Part shown: piece after piece, positions 1 to 14,100 of the stretch
How the letters are laid out: every line of letters begins with the position of its first letter
How positions within the stretch are numbered: the first letter of the stretch is position 1
Origin: Bugula neritina
Taxonomy: Eukaryota; Animalia; Bryozoa
DNA length: 64,000 nucleotides
Direction: 5' to 3'
NCBI GenBank assembly: GCA_964035545.1
Contig: OZ037770.1
Location: 6,334,729-6,398,728 of the forward strand
The notes under the pieces: model-generated
Database searches by the model: none
Told to the model about the DNA's origin: nothing
Seen by the model: the letters and a program-made list of their open reading frames with translations, nothing else
Made by a program: the position numbers and the translations under genes

Positions 1-500
1 AACATTGCACTACTGTATTTAGCTACTTTACAGTGTGTTATTGCATTTTGCAGTATGTTTCACTCTATTATCACACTGTATTACAGTGAATATCAGAAGA
101 GGAAAAAACTTTTTCCGGGATTGCGAATCTAAGTAAAAAATTGGTGTTTTTCTGCCAGACCAGAATGTAGGGAAGACCGTGAAGTGACGGGACGTGAGAT
201 CTCAGCTAATCTGCTGTTTCCTTCACTAGCAGTGCTCTAAGACTGTGTTAATTGCAGATTCTGACTAATAAGTTGAAAGGTCAACAGCTGTAAATTGGAT
301 ATGACAGCCAATATAACAAATGATTAATGGGACTTATATCATAGTTGCCAATTCAGCTTGCTCATGCAGTAACCAAAATCACAAACATGCTTTGAACTTA
401 ATTTTTCTCAAGATTTTTGAAGCAAAAAAACTTTTAAAATTTTTCTGAAACTGCTAAACTGTGTGCTTATGCCAAAATATTAATCTCAGAAAAAATGAAA

Positions 501-541
501 CTCGTACTAGTAATAGTCCTCACACAAACCTAAAATCTCTA
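501..541. mobile_element. Possible terminal fragment of a non-autonomous DNA transposon (TAG terminus, Academ-like)
   Basis: Reverse complement TAGAGATTTTAGGTTTGTGTGAGGACTATTACTAGTACGAG resembles, from memory, termini of common marine-invertebrate elements; no partner end found. Confidence 0.25.
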
Positions 542-1074
542 CTGATTTTATGTGCTTGTTCTATATGTCATGGAGACTACACCTCGCCCGTCTGGGAGGA
601 GACAACTCCAAAATACAAATGTCCCCAGAGGGACTTGTGAAAAGCCTCTATTGCTCTCCGACCTTGTTGTCAGCATGCCAAAACACTGTCGAGCTGTGAT
701 TTACAAGGGTTGGCCAAGAAAATATTAGTATGCATCTAATAACCCCAATGACCTTTTTTTATTTGGCCACTATTCTAATTTCAAAGAATTATGTTCAAAA
801 AATAAGCAAAAATCATTGCAACTTTTAACAAAAATTAAGTTGTAATTTTACTAGAATTTTTAATTTCAATACTGGAATGAGTATATTGGCCAAAAATTGC
901 ACTACAGAAAATAAAATCTGCTATTTCTTTAAAATATTCTTGTAAAAAACATATTTAGCTTTTCATTGATATGCATATTACCCTATATCACTTTATAAAT
1001 ATTGAGCAAATTATCAATTACTAATCAATAATAAGTTTATTTCAAGCGGTCCCATAATTAAAATCACCACTGTA

Positions 1075-2720
1075 GGTATTTTACAGTGTCCTATTGAATT
1101 TTACAATATGTTTCAGTATGTTGGAATATATTATTGTTTTTGAAAATGTAATGCAGTATTATTACAGTGTATCACAGGTTATGACATTGTATTACAGTGT
1201 ATTACAACATAGTGTGATACATTTTAGTGGTGCAATCATTATTGGTATTAATCGAAAAGGCCCACTCTATACTGTTTATTATATTGTGAGTTCGACTACA
1301 TCGACCTGTAGCTATGGACAGCAGTGGCACCACTAGTAACCACCAATCAGGACAGGCACATTAATTGATAGCAGGTGGAGCTAGCTACTCGTAGTTGTAG
1401 TGCGCTGAGTAGCTAGCCGGCAGAGCAGCTTGGGACTTCATCTAGAGTAGTTGTGTATTAAAGCTCACTAATTATGTAATCGTTTCTATTCATGTTAACA
1501 GCAAATAACCTTTTTGTATTCGTGTAAATAGTAAACTATCTTAGTGTAAACAACCTGGTGTAGTGGTTTTGTTTAAGTTGACCCACACATAATATGGTGA
1601 ATTGCGAAATTCACTACAATATTACAGGGTATAACATAATAATACAGTCCATTACAGTCTTTTTCAGTAATTTACGGTTTGGTACAGTATGTTACAGTAT
1701 GTTTCAGTATATAATAATGTATTGCAGTATATTTCAGTGTATTACATTGCATTATGGTGTATTAAAACTTATTACAGTATCTTTCAAGATAAAACAATGC
1801 ATTACAGTATATTTCAGTTTATAATAATGCACTACAGTGTATTACAGTTTATCGCAGTATGTTTCAGTATGGTAAAATGTATTACAGTGTATATCAGTCC
1901 ATTACAATGTCTTACGGTTTATTAGATTTTTTTCGAAGCCTACTTTTGTTTATCACAATGTTTTACATTATATTTTAGTTTATTTCGATGTATTACAGGT
2001 TTTGAAAGTGTAATGCAGTGTTTTACAGTGTATCACAGGTGTTGACATTCTATAACAGTGTATGAATATCACAGCATATAAATTACACTACAGTCTCTTA
2101 CAGTGTTTGTTTCAGTATTTTATGACGTGCGACAGTATATTACAGTATGTTTGAGTATACTACAATGTTATATTATGATGTATTTCAGTGTAAAATACTG
2201 TATTACAGTGTATTACTATTTATCACAGTATGTTTCGGTATATTACATTGTATTACTGTGTATTACGGTTTATTACCATATATTTCAGTCTTACAGCTTT
2301 CGAAAGTGTAATGCCGTATTTTACAGTGTATCATAGTTTTCGAGGATGTATTTCAGTTTAATACGGCATATGACAGGTTACAACATTGTACAACAATCTA
2401 TAATATATAGTGCGTTTATTTACTTTACAGTGCCTTATAGTAAATTACAGCATGTTTCAGTATAGTACAATCTATTACAGTATATTTCAGTCTATTGCAA
2501 TGTATTATAATTTATGAAAGTGTACTGTAGTATATTGCAGTGTATCACAGATTCTGACAATGTATAACAGTTTACTACAACACATTACAGCATGTAACGC
2601 TGTACTATACAGTCTAATACAGTGTGCTTATGCACTAATTACACTGCGTTATAACAATTTGAAGTATGTTTCAGTATATTATTACAATGTATTACCGTAT
2701 ATTTCTGTCTATTACAGTGA
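1075..2720. repeat. Degenerate ~10-bp satellite (consensus ~GTATTACAGT), interrupted by a solo LTR; also at 1-88
   Basis: Many tattacagtg/tattacagta/gtttcagtat units; produces spurious Y/S/V/I/C-rich ORFs. Confidence 0.85.
1213..1618 (+). mobile_element. Solo LTR, Gypsy family 1
   Basis: TGTGATAC...TCACTACA termini; colinear with the reverse complement of LTR 11378-11795 (e.g. ttaattgatagcaggtggagctagctactcgtag); flanks ATAG/ATAT. Confidence 0.85.
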
Positions 2721-3175
2721 TTCCCAACCTTTTTCATACTATTCCCCCCCTTTCATAAATGTTAATTACTAATTTCCCCTTACCTGAAGAGCGAATTGAG
2801 TCTATGACTCACTGAATGAGAATATATGATACAATGCAATATACTTTGTTCCATTATATTTGTATATACTATAATTATGATAATAGCATATTATCGTTAT
2901 TTTTATGTTATGAAACACAGAGCAGTTCAGTTATTGACGTTATGGCTCAAGCTGATAATATTGTGCCAGCTTGCTGACATCTGGCTCTGTTTTTGACCAG
3001 GCCCATCTTAAGTCACCCTGCAGGTTAAGGCAGTTTCTCTTCTCTTTGAATTGATGAGAATCCTACCTCAGACAGATAGATGGCGCTGGATAGTACCGGA
3101 ACTTTGCTTCATCAGTTCTCTGTGGGAAGAGTTTGCTTGTTGAAACCTATGATTATTTTAAGTAAAACTGTTGCA

Positions 3176-3468
3176 TGTAAAATTGGCACAGGTAATAATG
3201 GCACAAAAGGAATATTAGGTAGAAATGGTACACTGATGTTAATTTTTTTCAAGCTCAAACCCCAAACCCTCCACCCCAAGCCCCCAACCCTTAAACAACC
3301 AATCCTTAACTCAAACCCTCACCCAAACTCCAGAACCCAAGCACAAACCCAAAATCTTCACCTCAAACTCTTTTTTCAAACTCCAGACCCCCTACCCCAA
3401 TATTGAAAACTTAAGCCATTTTTTCCTACTTTTCCATTTGCGCCATTATTACAGGGCATAATTTTACA
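3176..3468. mobile_element. MITE-like foldback element with ~50-bp imperfect TIRs and a degenerate telomere-like (AAACCC) core
   Basis: Left tgtaaaattggcacaggtaataatggcacaaaaggaa matches revcomp of right end tgtaaaattatgccctgtaataatggcgcaaatggaa; C/A-rich centre ~3255-3400. Confidence 0.65.
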
Positions 3469-4899
3469 ATATCTGCATCTCATACAAAAGACTTATGTGC
3501 AAATCTGAGATCTGTTACGTCGGAAATAAATGTCTATCGGCATAAGTTTTGCAGTAGCCAATCATAGTATTATAGTAGGGCAATCTGAGTGTAGTATCTT
3601 GACTATCCACATAATTATAATAGCCCATATAGTTGATAATAGAGTAAGATTAAGCTTTTTCAATACCTCCCACATATAATAGCATTTATGCTAGTCCCTA
3701 AAACTAAATAAACATTATGGTAAACCAATCATCATGAAAGCTCTACTCATTTGTAACTGGAGGATTTGTAACACCCCATTAGTAAATTTCTTGCATTTGA
3801 GGTGCTTAGGCTGTGTAGTCATAGTGATATGTAATTATTGGGGCTTTGTAGAAAATTAAACTTGACAATTATTAGGATTAAATCATTATTGCTGTGGCTT
3901 CAACTAACGAACTTTAAAGTTATTATCTCGATTCTTTTCGGGAATGGGTGGATAATTTCATGCAATAACGAGTTTAGGCTTTATATCATTTTATCTACAT
4001 TGATGGCAGCACTAAACTAGAAATCTAATATTTTTTCAAGTTCACTGGGTGACAGAATATCTGCTAAATTTCATGCAGATATTAAATAAATAACGATGTT
4101 TGATGGTTATGCTATATTGTTAGGTTCACCCTTCCTTCTAATTCTGCAGCCATCAGATACAGTTTACTAAGACTACTCAAATGTTTAAAAAAACATATTA
4201 TATCAATTTATATTAGAAATGCAGTTGTATTATTTATTCTGCACAACCCAAACGTTTAGCTTTATGGTTGGAGTTATGCACTTTCTTTCTTTTGACAATT
4301 TCGCTTATGTAGTGTTGCATAAAGTTTCATGCAAAGCAGGAACTATTGAATACTCAAACTGTTGCATAATTTGCCAATTTCTGAATGTACAAACCATAAT
4401 TTAATAGAGCAAAAAAGAAGAAATTGATTCAAACTGTTTCCTAATAGATGTTTGAAACTAAGCGGCAAACTACTGACTGACCGAGCTCTATCTTAGTTTA
4501 TTATTGGATTAAGTAATATATAAAATACGTTATTGTATATATTTTGCCTACTGAGTTACAAATACTAATTATCATAACAGAGACTGCTGGGGGTATAATG
4601 TTAATTATAATAATACAGATATTCTACTATATAGTCTATTGTTTGTTTTAGTCTTTAAACACATCTACATGATTGTTATATAAGGTATGGCCTGTCATTA
4701 ACCACACATGACTTGTTGACTTCCCCATTAAATAATCACCATTATTAATTTTCATGTTTCTTTATCCGTTGAACATTTCCCCGCAAATTAGGAGGGTTTG
4801 TCAATCTGATGTTATTTTATATAAACTGTTATTGTTATATATTGCTACAATATATACTGTAATGTGGGAGGCCACTATAATGAACAGATCTCAGAAAGT

Positions 4900-5146
<247 letters not shown>

Positions 5147-7709
5147 CATGCACAGTGTTTACAATTGATATATTATTATGATGGAATACATAGAGAAGTA
5201 GAATACATCAGCGGTCTTCTACTTCATACTTCATGTAATAGACAACCGGAGTACTAGAATCTGTCAATAACCTTAATAGTAATAATAATGTCACCACTAG
5301 TAATGGGTTCATGTGTGGCTACTCAAAGCAAATCTTGCAAATGTTCATTGGTGAGCTAGCTGTGTTCTATTACTATTTTATATGGTTCATGCCAGAAAAC
5401 AAGCATTCACATTATTAATCATAATTATATTTGCTCAGTACTCTTAGTTCCAGTTATTTAGCTAATGCAGGGTGTTCCTCACTGATTACTGGTGAAGTGT
5501 AGAAGCTAATTGCTGTTGTTGTACCAACATCACCTAACTAAAGTGGTAATGCTGCTAAACTTATGCTTGCTGAAGCGTGATCTTTAGTTTAGGCAATTAT
5601 ACATTAGCTAGAATATTTTCATGAGTCACTTTATGATTGGCTAGTGTTGCTTATGATATAAAGAAACCAATGAATTTGTTAAAATTGCTAGTGATTGGCT
5701 GAGGGCCTGATCAAAACAATAGGAGGGCCTGGCGTGGCTATTTGCCCATCTCTGCTTTACAATTCCCATTTTTTTCATGTAATTCAAGTTACTCCGAATG
5801 CGAAGACAGCACGATTTCCCACAAATATTGAAATTAGAGGGTGTAGGAATTGTAGGCTATAAAACACAATTCAAGAGTTGTAAAAATAATTATATATAGA
5901 ATAATTCTGATTGATGAAGCTGAAAATAAAATCATTATACTTTAGGTTCAGCCAGTCACAACTCAAACTGTACCAGACTGTGTGTACACCAGGTTGTAAT
6001 AGTAAATTACCTACAGCCTACTTTGCATACTTTTTTACCTAATTGTGTTGTCCTTTAACAGCTTCAATTACACCTACGGCAACTCAAACAAGTAAGTTTT
6101 GCTAATTTTGATTAGCTGTGGGCTTTTCTAAGCCGTTAACTAAGCTGACTTTACTTAATTTTATTAGAACTAGATGAACTGTATGCTTAACGTCGTTTTA
6201 TTTTCAATAAAAAAATGGATAGTAATATATAATTTTGTATACTATATATAGTCGATTCTCATTATAATTTAGAATGCTTGAAGAAAACTGCACCTATACC
6301 AAAAACTCCATGCAGCATTTAATTTTCTATTCTGCTAAAATATCTAGCATTTTGGATATGCAGTTTCTGTTAATAAGTGAAAAAATAATGATTATAGCAA
6401 GTAATATATCATATAAGGCAAAAAATGGTAACAGGAGTTGTAACGCAAAGAAAGGATGCGAGCTAAAGGAAAATAAACCAAAGAAGGCAACATGCAATAT
6501 AGCGTCTGTGTGAGATAAGAGGTCAAAGCGATTTATTGCATTTTCATAAAAATTTTAAGCTTCTTCGTAAAATTAGAAAGTGACTCTATATAGCTGGCAC
6601 AGTGAATTCTATGCACTAGTTACTCCTATATACACTATATACACTACAGTTAGAGTTTATATTCTATACATTCTATACTCTCTATAGTCTGTACTATATA
6701 TATATTTATATATACTTTACTGCATAGTCTGTACCAGGAGTGTCCAACCTTTTCAAAGCAAGGACCACTGAAAGGGAATATTCTGGTGCATTGTAACTTT
6801 TCTTGTGGGCATGGGGGAGGGGGCAACAGTCTGAGTATTTTTCAAGTTATTTCATTCCAAATTCTTATTAATCATTACACATTGAAGTACCAAAGTTAGT
6901 CAATGCAGGCTGCATGTTTTATTTCTTGTGTATAGATCAGACAATTAAAATAAGGTGGGTTTTTATGTATATATACATGAATCGAAGTGAAAATCCACCT
7001 TCTAAACATTTTTATAGGGATAAGGGCGCGCACTGTCTTATGGGGTACAAAAAGCCGGTCGAATTCTGAGAGAACGTTTTGACTTAGAATTGTGATTTTT
7101 TCTTTAGTAAATAGGCAATGACATAATTATTCATGCAGCAATTGTGTTTCCATGAAAGCAAATGATTTCATACAGATGCCCTTACAGACTACATCAAAGG
7201 AAAACCACATACGGTCCTTTGCAATTTTCCTAAAGTTATCTTTTTTTTGTAATTGTGTCAGCTCAATTAAAATATAAATTAATAAATGGCCAACTCTGAG
7301 TCAGTGCTTGTGCCCAATGGTTGTTTAATTACAGCTTTTGTCCCAATTTTCAATAGATTAACTTCATTAAAAACACAAACTTTGAGTTAATTTATTTTAA
7401 ATCAGAAAAGCACAAAGCAATAGAAGAATAAAGTGTTTTGTGACAGGTAAAATAAAGCATAAGAGTAATTTAAGTTTGCAAAATGAAATTAGCTGTCAAT
7501 TTATTTTTAGCTTGGAAATGCTTTGGCCTACAGAAAAACTTTACAAATTTAAGGCTTCAGCTTTGCTTCAATGCTTTATTTTCTTTAATTCCATGGAGTG
7601 GAAAATAATTGCATTGCCTAATGCAATAATGGAAAAGCAGTGACAGCAAGCAGGTGATATCTTTTCACTTCACAAAAACGACTATAAAGCATTGCCTGCT
7701 AAAACTGGG

Positions 7710-8085
7710 CATTAGTTAGTTAACCCTGGTGCATTATATAGTTAGTTAACTCTGGTTGGTATTCTTGCCTATATGCTACTGTATATTAGTTGATTAACTC
7801 TATACTTGTTATTATTGCATGCCTTCTACTGTGTATTAGTTACTTAACTAGTTGTTATTATTACCTTCTGCTGTGTATTAGTTAGTTAACTCTATAATTA
7901 TTATGGTTACTTACTACTTTCTATATAACTGTGTACTAGTTAGTTACCCTGGTTGTTATTGTTGCCTTCTGCTGTCAGTTAACTATTTAGTTAATATTGT
8001 TGCTTACTATGTGGTGTGTATTAGTTGATTAACTCTACTTGTTAATATTGCCTATACTACTGTGTATTAGTTACCTCTGTGGTTT
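7710..8085. repeat. Degenerate minisatellite, ~45-50-bp unit
   Basis: Recurrent ctgtgtattagttagttaactct...gttattattgcct units, about 7-8 copies. Confidence 0.75.
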
Positions 8086-8142
8086 TTATTATTGTGCCAG
8101 GTATTTGTGAATTCTACTGATTCCCTAGAGATTATTGATCTA

Positions 8143-11100
8143 ATGGCAAAGTTGTGCAAGGCTATTTTTATATACTGCGTGTTCATCAACTTCACTCTAT
8201 GTCAAAACACTCAGAGGTAAAGTACTTATGATTATATTATCACCTTTTGACTGTGAATGTATAATACACATGCTAATAATTAATCATAGGCTAATCCCAA
8301 ATTGAAAGCTTTTCTTTGTGCTTTCTGTAAGTTTTTAAGATGGTTTTGTCCACGTTTTAGTAAATATATGTTGTAATAGAAAGGAATTAACAAGTAAATG
8401 ATGTATAGATGCTTGTAGTTTTTTATTTAAGCTAGGTGCGATTTCTTTATTTTATCCAACTTTTCGTAATAAAAATATCTTCTATATAGAAAATTGTGCA
8501 ATATAAATGTCTATAAAATGTGGATGTATACTCATCTTTCAGTTATTAAACCATCCATTGAACACTCAAACTCAACAAAAAAATATATGAATACATTGAT
8601 TTTTTTAATGGGTGTCTCATTGTTTGGAAGAGGGGGGTTAAAGTAGAAAATGATTTACGTACCTTTCCAGAATAGAAAAGTGAACATATATTTCACATCA
8701 AAGTGCTATCCAAGTTCGAACTAATATACCTACACTAACCTGCAGTATAAAACACATAGCAATATATAGTCACATTTCTTTACGCTTCCATAAATATGAT
8801 TTTTTATATAATTGTGTCATTTACTCATAGCTTATTCTTAGCTTATATACTTAATTAGCTGTTAGCAGTTAACAAGTTGCATGTTGCATGACTCCAGTCA
8901 ATAAACTTTTTAAAAGCCACTAAAAATAATGGGTAGCAGTTCTATATGGTGCCTCTCATCAGCAAGTGAACTATAATCCAAAATTGATTCAAGAGAGGTC
9001 ATGCAAAAATGTTATTTCAAAACTCATATACTACTCTGAAGCTGTGTTTAGCTGATAGCCAAAGTGTGAATAATCTATTATCAAATAAATATAGCGTGCC
9101 AAGAAAATTAATATGGCTACAGGTCAGTTATGTTAGGCAAAAACTCTCATTCTGCAATGAAATTGTTGGGACGTTTGCAGCCGCATGCCTCTCGTATCCT
9201 TTGGTGAATTACAAGAGCTGAAGCTAAATAACGATAGCAAACTCAGAAGTGTAGAGGACATTGAAGTGGATCAGCTGGAAAGTGGTGCATTTCTTGTGGG
9301 AAACCGGCACAGTGTAGCCCATATATCTCCTAGTCCTAAAGTGGATATACTGGCAGGTAAATATTGCTTCAAATATCTAACTTTATAACATGAAGAAACT
9401 TTGTCAATTTCATTCGTAACAGAGTTTGAGATACTTTAACAGCAAAATAATGCCATGGTATCTGTATGATAATTTACCATAAATTTGAGTGGGTATTAAA
9501 CTATTACTATTACTATTACTATTTAGATCAAATTTTTTTATTCAGCAGATTAAAAAAAACGAGTTACAAAGAGCAATCACTGAAAGCACGGGTAATGAAT
9601 GTGTTACATCAACAGCTAATATTGCCCTTTGAACAGTACCTACTTGTCACTTTCTTATAATCATAATTTATTCGACAAAATGATAACAATTTATATTTTA
9701 TGGGTGCTTGTAATTGTATAAATGTGCCAAAGTAAGCCCCTGCTTGCACCACTCCTCTGCATAAATTACCTACCAGCTTATTATGTTATAGTGCCAAAAC
9801 AGTTTTTTAGTTCAGCATGTGATAATTTATTTAATTTTTTTAGTGACTTAAGCTGCATGTACACAGGCCGATTTTGTACTTGTCGATTTCGCTATTGTTG
9901 ATTAAAAAATCGCCAATAAATCCTATCGATTTTTATTCCCGCGTTATTTTCCTGCTTGCGTTTTATTGGCAGATGGCTTCCAGTCTATATAACTTTCTTC
10001 TAGGTTTATGCGCAGAAGTCAAGATCAGTTGCATGTGCATTAGCGCAGTAAACATACCCCAGAATGTTATTTAGCAACGTTTTTTCTACAGGGAAAGAAA
10101 GAGAAACGGCATTCAGGAATGGGCCTGGGCATTTCGCTTATTTCAATGTTGTTCAAGACTTACTGCAGATAAACAACGGTTCTAACATCATAATCGCCGA
10201 TCTCAACAATCACTGCATCCGTAGAGTTGAACGTCGAAGTGGTCTCCACCCACACGTGTCTACATTTGTAGGTGAATGCAACAGACAAGGATATGTTTCC
10301 AATCCCGTTGGCCCTGCAGATGCCAAACTTACACATCCTCTAAAGTTACTTCACATTCCAGAAGAGAATATTTTTTACTACTTACTTGATAGAGTCATAC
10401 TCAAGCACAACTTAACTTCAAGTGAGTAGTTTAACTGTATCGCCTTTGTCTAGAATCTAGGTGCACTTGTCTAACAAAGGTCAATATGATTTTCAAGAGT
10501 TGAAGGAATGCTAAAATTATATTATTGATTTAAAATACAAATATAGCTTGCTTGTAAAAAACTTTATTATATTGTTTACGTGTATAACCGTTAGTATAAG
10601 TTTGTCTCATGTTTTACATGAGGAGGGACCGGGTAGGAGGGAAGAGTTGTAGTAAATGGTGGTTAAGGACATGGTGATTAAAATCATGAAAAAATATGAC
10701 TTAACTATTTTTCTAAATGCGTATAAAAGGATTTAGTTGTGCACAGCAATTGGAACACCAAGACATGTCGTATAAGGAACTAGTATGTGCTACATGAGTA
10801 ATTGGAAAGGTTTTTGTTGTGTTTATTGAAATAAAATAGCTTAACTGCCAAACTAACCAAATCTCTCATCGGGCGAAAGTTCTTTTTAAACAATCCTTTT
10901 AGATGAAAAAAAATGTAATGAAATATTGTCTATAATCAAGGAATTTACTAGATGATTACTACTATATAACAATGTTTAGATCTGATAAGCGTGATGTATA
11001 AGGATCTGGAGTACTTTATTGGTGCCTACACCATCCTGATGGACAGCCAGAACAGGTACATGTATGTCAACCATGCTGGAGGAGTGTCAAAGTTTGACAC

Positions 11101-14100
11101 TAGATCTGCCAACTAGACCAAGGTACTTGTAGCTGGCCTGCCTCATAGCAACCGGAGACAGTTGGTTGACGGCACATTGCTAAGAGCACGATTTGGTGGT
11201 AAGTAGCCATCAATATAATATTCATCAACATTTTATTTTTTTATGATTCTATTTCTATGATTTTTAAAATATGTTTTTGATTTTTTTATTATTTTTCTTC
11301 TTTTTAAACTTTAAAATCTATTTTTATTCATTTTTTCCCTTGTATATTTGTTATTTTTGTGCTATTAAGCTAAATATTGTAGTGAATTTCTCAATTCACT
11401 ATATTATGTGGATCGACTTATACAAAGCTACTACACCAGGCAGGTTATTTACGTTATAACAAGTTTATTATTTACGAGATACAAGAATTGAATTACTACT
11501 AACATGAATTGTACGATTACATAATAATGAACACTTTGCACACAACTACTCTAAGCGAAGTCCCAAGCTGCTCTGCCCGGCTAGCTACTTAGCGTGCTTC
11601 CACTACGAGTAGCTAGCTCCACCTGCTATCAATTAACAGTCCTTTCTGATTGGCTGGTATTAGTGGTGCCACTGTTGACCATAAAATGTAAGTTGGATGG
11701 AAGTCGATGTAGTCGATCTCCACAATAACATAACAAAGAGTCGACCCTTTCGATATATAAACTAATTGTTAATGGCACTACTGAAATCCATTACACTCGC
11801 CACACCTATCGAAAGGTACACTCTATGATTAATTCTTGCATGAGAACATTATAAAATAGAAAATATTTAAAAGTAGACAAGAATAAAAGAACACAAAAAA
11901 ACACCAGGATAACATAGTCAAAGTGATTTACATAACAGTAACAAGACGAACGATTAATGGCCCGTCGGTAGGGTCGATATGTCTCTCACTAGATCACGTT
12001 AAGGGAGCATGAACATAGGAGAGAAAAAGGGGTAGACTATATCACACTCACATAGTCCGAACCAAGCAACTCCTGGTGTCAAGAAGCCACCAGAAGAATC
12101 AAGCGTGGCAAAGGAATCGCCCCAAAGGGGGGGGGAGAAAAGGAGGGGTGGGTCGACTGGTCTCTTTCTAGAGGGTCGTGTCGAACACCAACAGTCCACA
12201 CTGATCACCGTCGAATTCCCAAGAGGAGAAAATATAAAGTTTCTTCATCTAGGCTTTCGTCTTTACTATTTAATTTTCATGCAGGATTCTTTTAATATTA
12301 CGTATTACATTTATTACTTCTTATTATTACGATTGTTCCCTCCTTGCAGTATTATTACGTCCTCGCTATAGCGAAAAAAGAGAAGGACTCCTCTGTCTGA
12401 TCGCATCCACTGCACCCCATTGTTGTAGGGCACCATCCGCCACGACAGTCACCAGAACTGCTGCTATGGCGCTACAGGAATCCAGTCAAGCAGTCAGAAT
12501 CGCAGTCGACGAATAATGCAATGAATGATGGGTGACTGCGTGACGGTGGTGCCAGGAGAAAGAATATGCTCCGCCATCAAAGTTTCACCTGCAACAGAAT
12601 GCCAGAAACTGTTGAAGGGGTCTTCACCTGGTCAGTACGACACTTTGACTGAGTCTCGCAATCTACTAACCACTGATTATTATTAAATCACGCGGTCGAC
12701 TTCCTCACTCAAGTCGTCAGTGAGATCACCTGAGTTAGAAAACCAGCTTTATCGTTATGATAAAGCGAGACTGATTTAAAGCTACCAGCTTGAATTCTAC
12801 TTAAATAATAGAATTATACTAGTAGCCTAACTATAAGACAGCCACGACATTAGTCTGCTGCCCACTTAGACCTCGTAGTACGCCAACCTGCCGGGTACTT
12901 GCATGCATGTTGGCAGTTGAAATAGAAAAGAACGCTCTTCGCAGTGAAAGTGATTACATAATACCCCTTTCACTAGCGAGCTTTACCCCCGGTGGTGTTA
13001 TGTTCACACCACTGGGTAGGCAACTCACAGTTGTGTTTCCTTGTATTTCGGAAACGCAACTCTCAATTGCTCGTCGCCCCAGATTTCTTTTATGATAGCT
13101 GATAAATGTTTTTCCACTGCATCACACAAGAAATCTTTTAAATTAGATGGAGGCACCCTAGTGCGTTGCCGACGCTCCAACTGCACTGGGGAATTTGCTA
13201 CTACTGGTGACTCTTCCACCACAGGTGGTGTCGCCAGTACGAGGGGGGGGGGTTCACAAGTACGGGTGGTCCTCTCCCAGCTGCCTCTTCCTCATGATTT
13301 TGAGAAATTTCCATCTCATCCGGGGCGTTCTTGTTCCGTGAGGAATAAGGTTTTGTTCCTAATACTTGAATAATTAAAAAAAGTAAAAAAGTAAATGCGA
13401 CAGCACAGGTTATGTGAGTTATTCTTAGTATCATTACTACTGGGTAGTTTACCTTCTTAACCTTTTCAGGGTTAAACCTTATGTTATAGGCTACTGTAGT
13501 TATAATTAAATAATTGTATCCGGGTGTTCGTCAGCGTATAGTGTGGGTAACAAAGAAAAAATGTAGGCTTGTACAAAACAAACTCCTATTTCGAATATGC
13601 AATAAGCAGATCCGAGTACTATTAATAAAATTCTTACTGGTAAAGGTGATCTAACTATTCCTGTTCCTAAGAGTCTTATAAGAATGTGCCCGGTTCTTAA
13701 GTTTGCGGTTAATCGAACAGCTAATGTTAAAGGGCGTACTATGAGCCTCACTAACTCAATAAGGCATAAAAAAGGACTAATTATTGCAGGTGCTCCCAAA
13801 GGCTGAAGGTGAGCTAAAAATTCTGATAAGTTAAATCTTATTCTTTTTATCAAAAAATTCAATCATAGGATTAAGGCTAGTCTAAGATTAATTACTAAAT
13901 GCCTAGTGGCTCTAAAAGTATAAGGCGTTAATCCAAATAAATTAAGTGTTAAAACTGTAGTTATAATAGCTGTTATTAAGGAAGAAGAGCCCAGTATTGT
14001 TTTTATATTTCTTCGTGCAACTAATTCTGAGACAACAGATTTTATTGTGTTGAAAAAAGAAAGCTTACAGCTAGTAAATCATATTTTTTTTATTAACAGC

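Noticed and set aside
2715-2735. hAT-like terminus CAGTGATTCCCAACCTTTT (similar at ~6734; Tc1-like end at ~1040-1073)
   Set aside because: No matching opposite end or TSD identified, so an element cannot be delimited.
1094-2772. Several 70-80 aa ORFs rich in Y/S/V/I/C
   Set aside because: Translations of the 10-bp satellite and the solo LTR.
7710-8085. CRISPR-like repeat-spacer array
   Set aside because: Whole units are degenerate tandem copies without unique spacers; eukaryotic context and no cas genes.
13506-13862. Functional nuclear-encoded ATP6
   Set aside because: Retains mitochondrial-code TGA/AGA codons, has no targeting sequence and is flanked by trnF and nad3.
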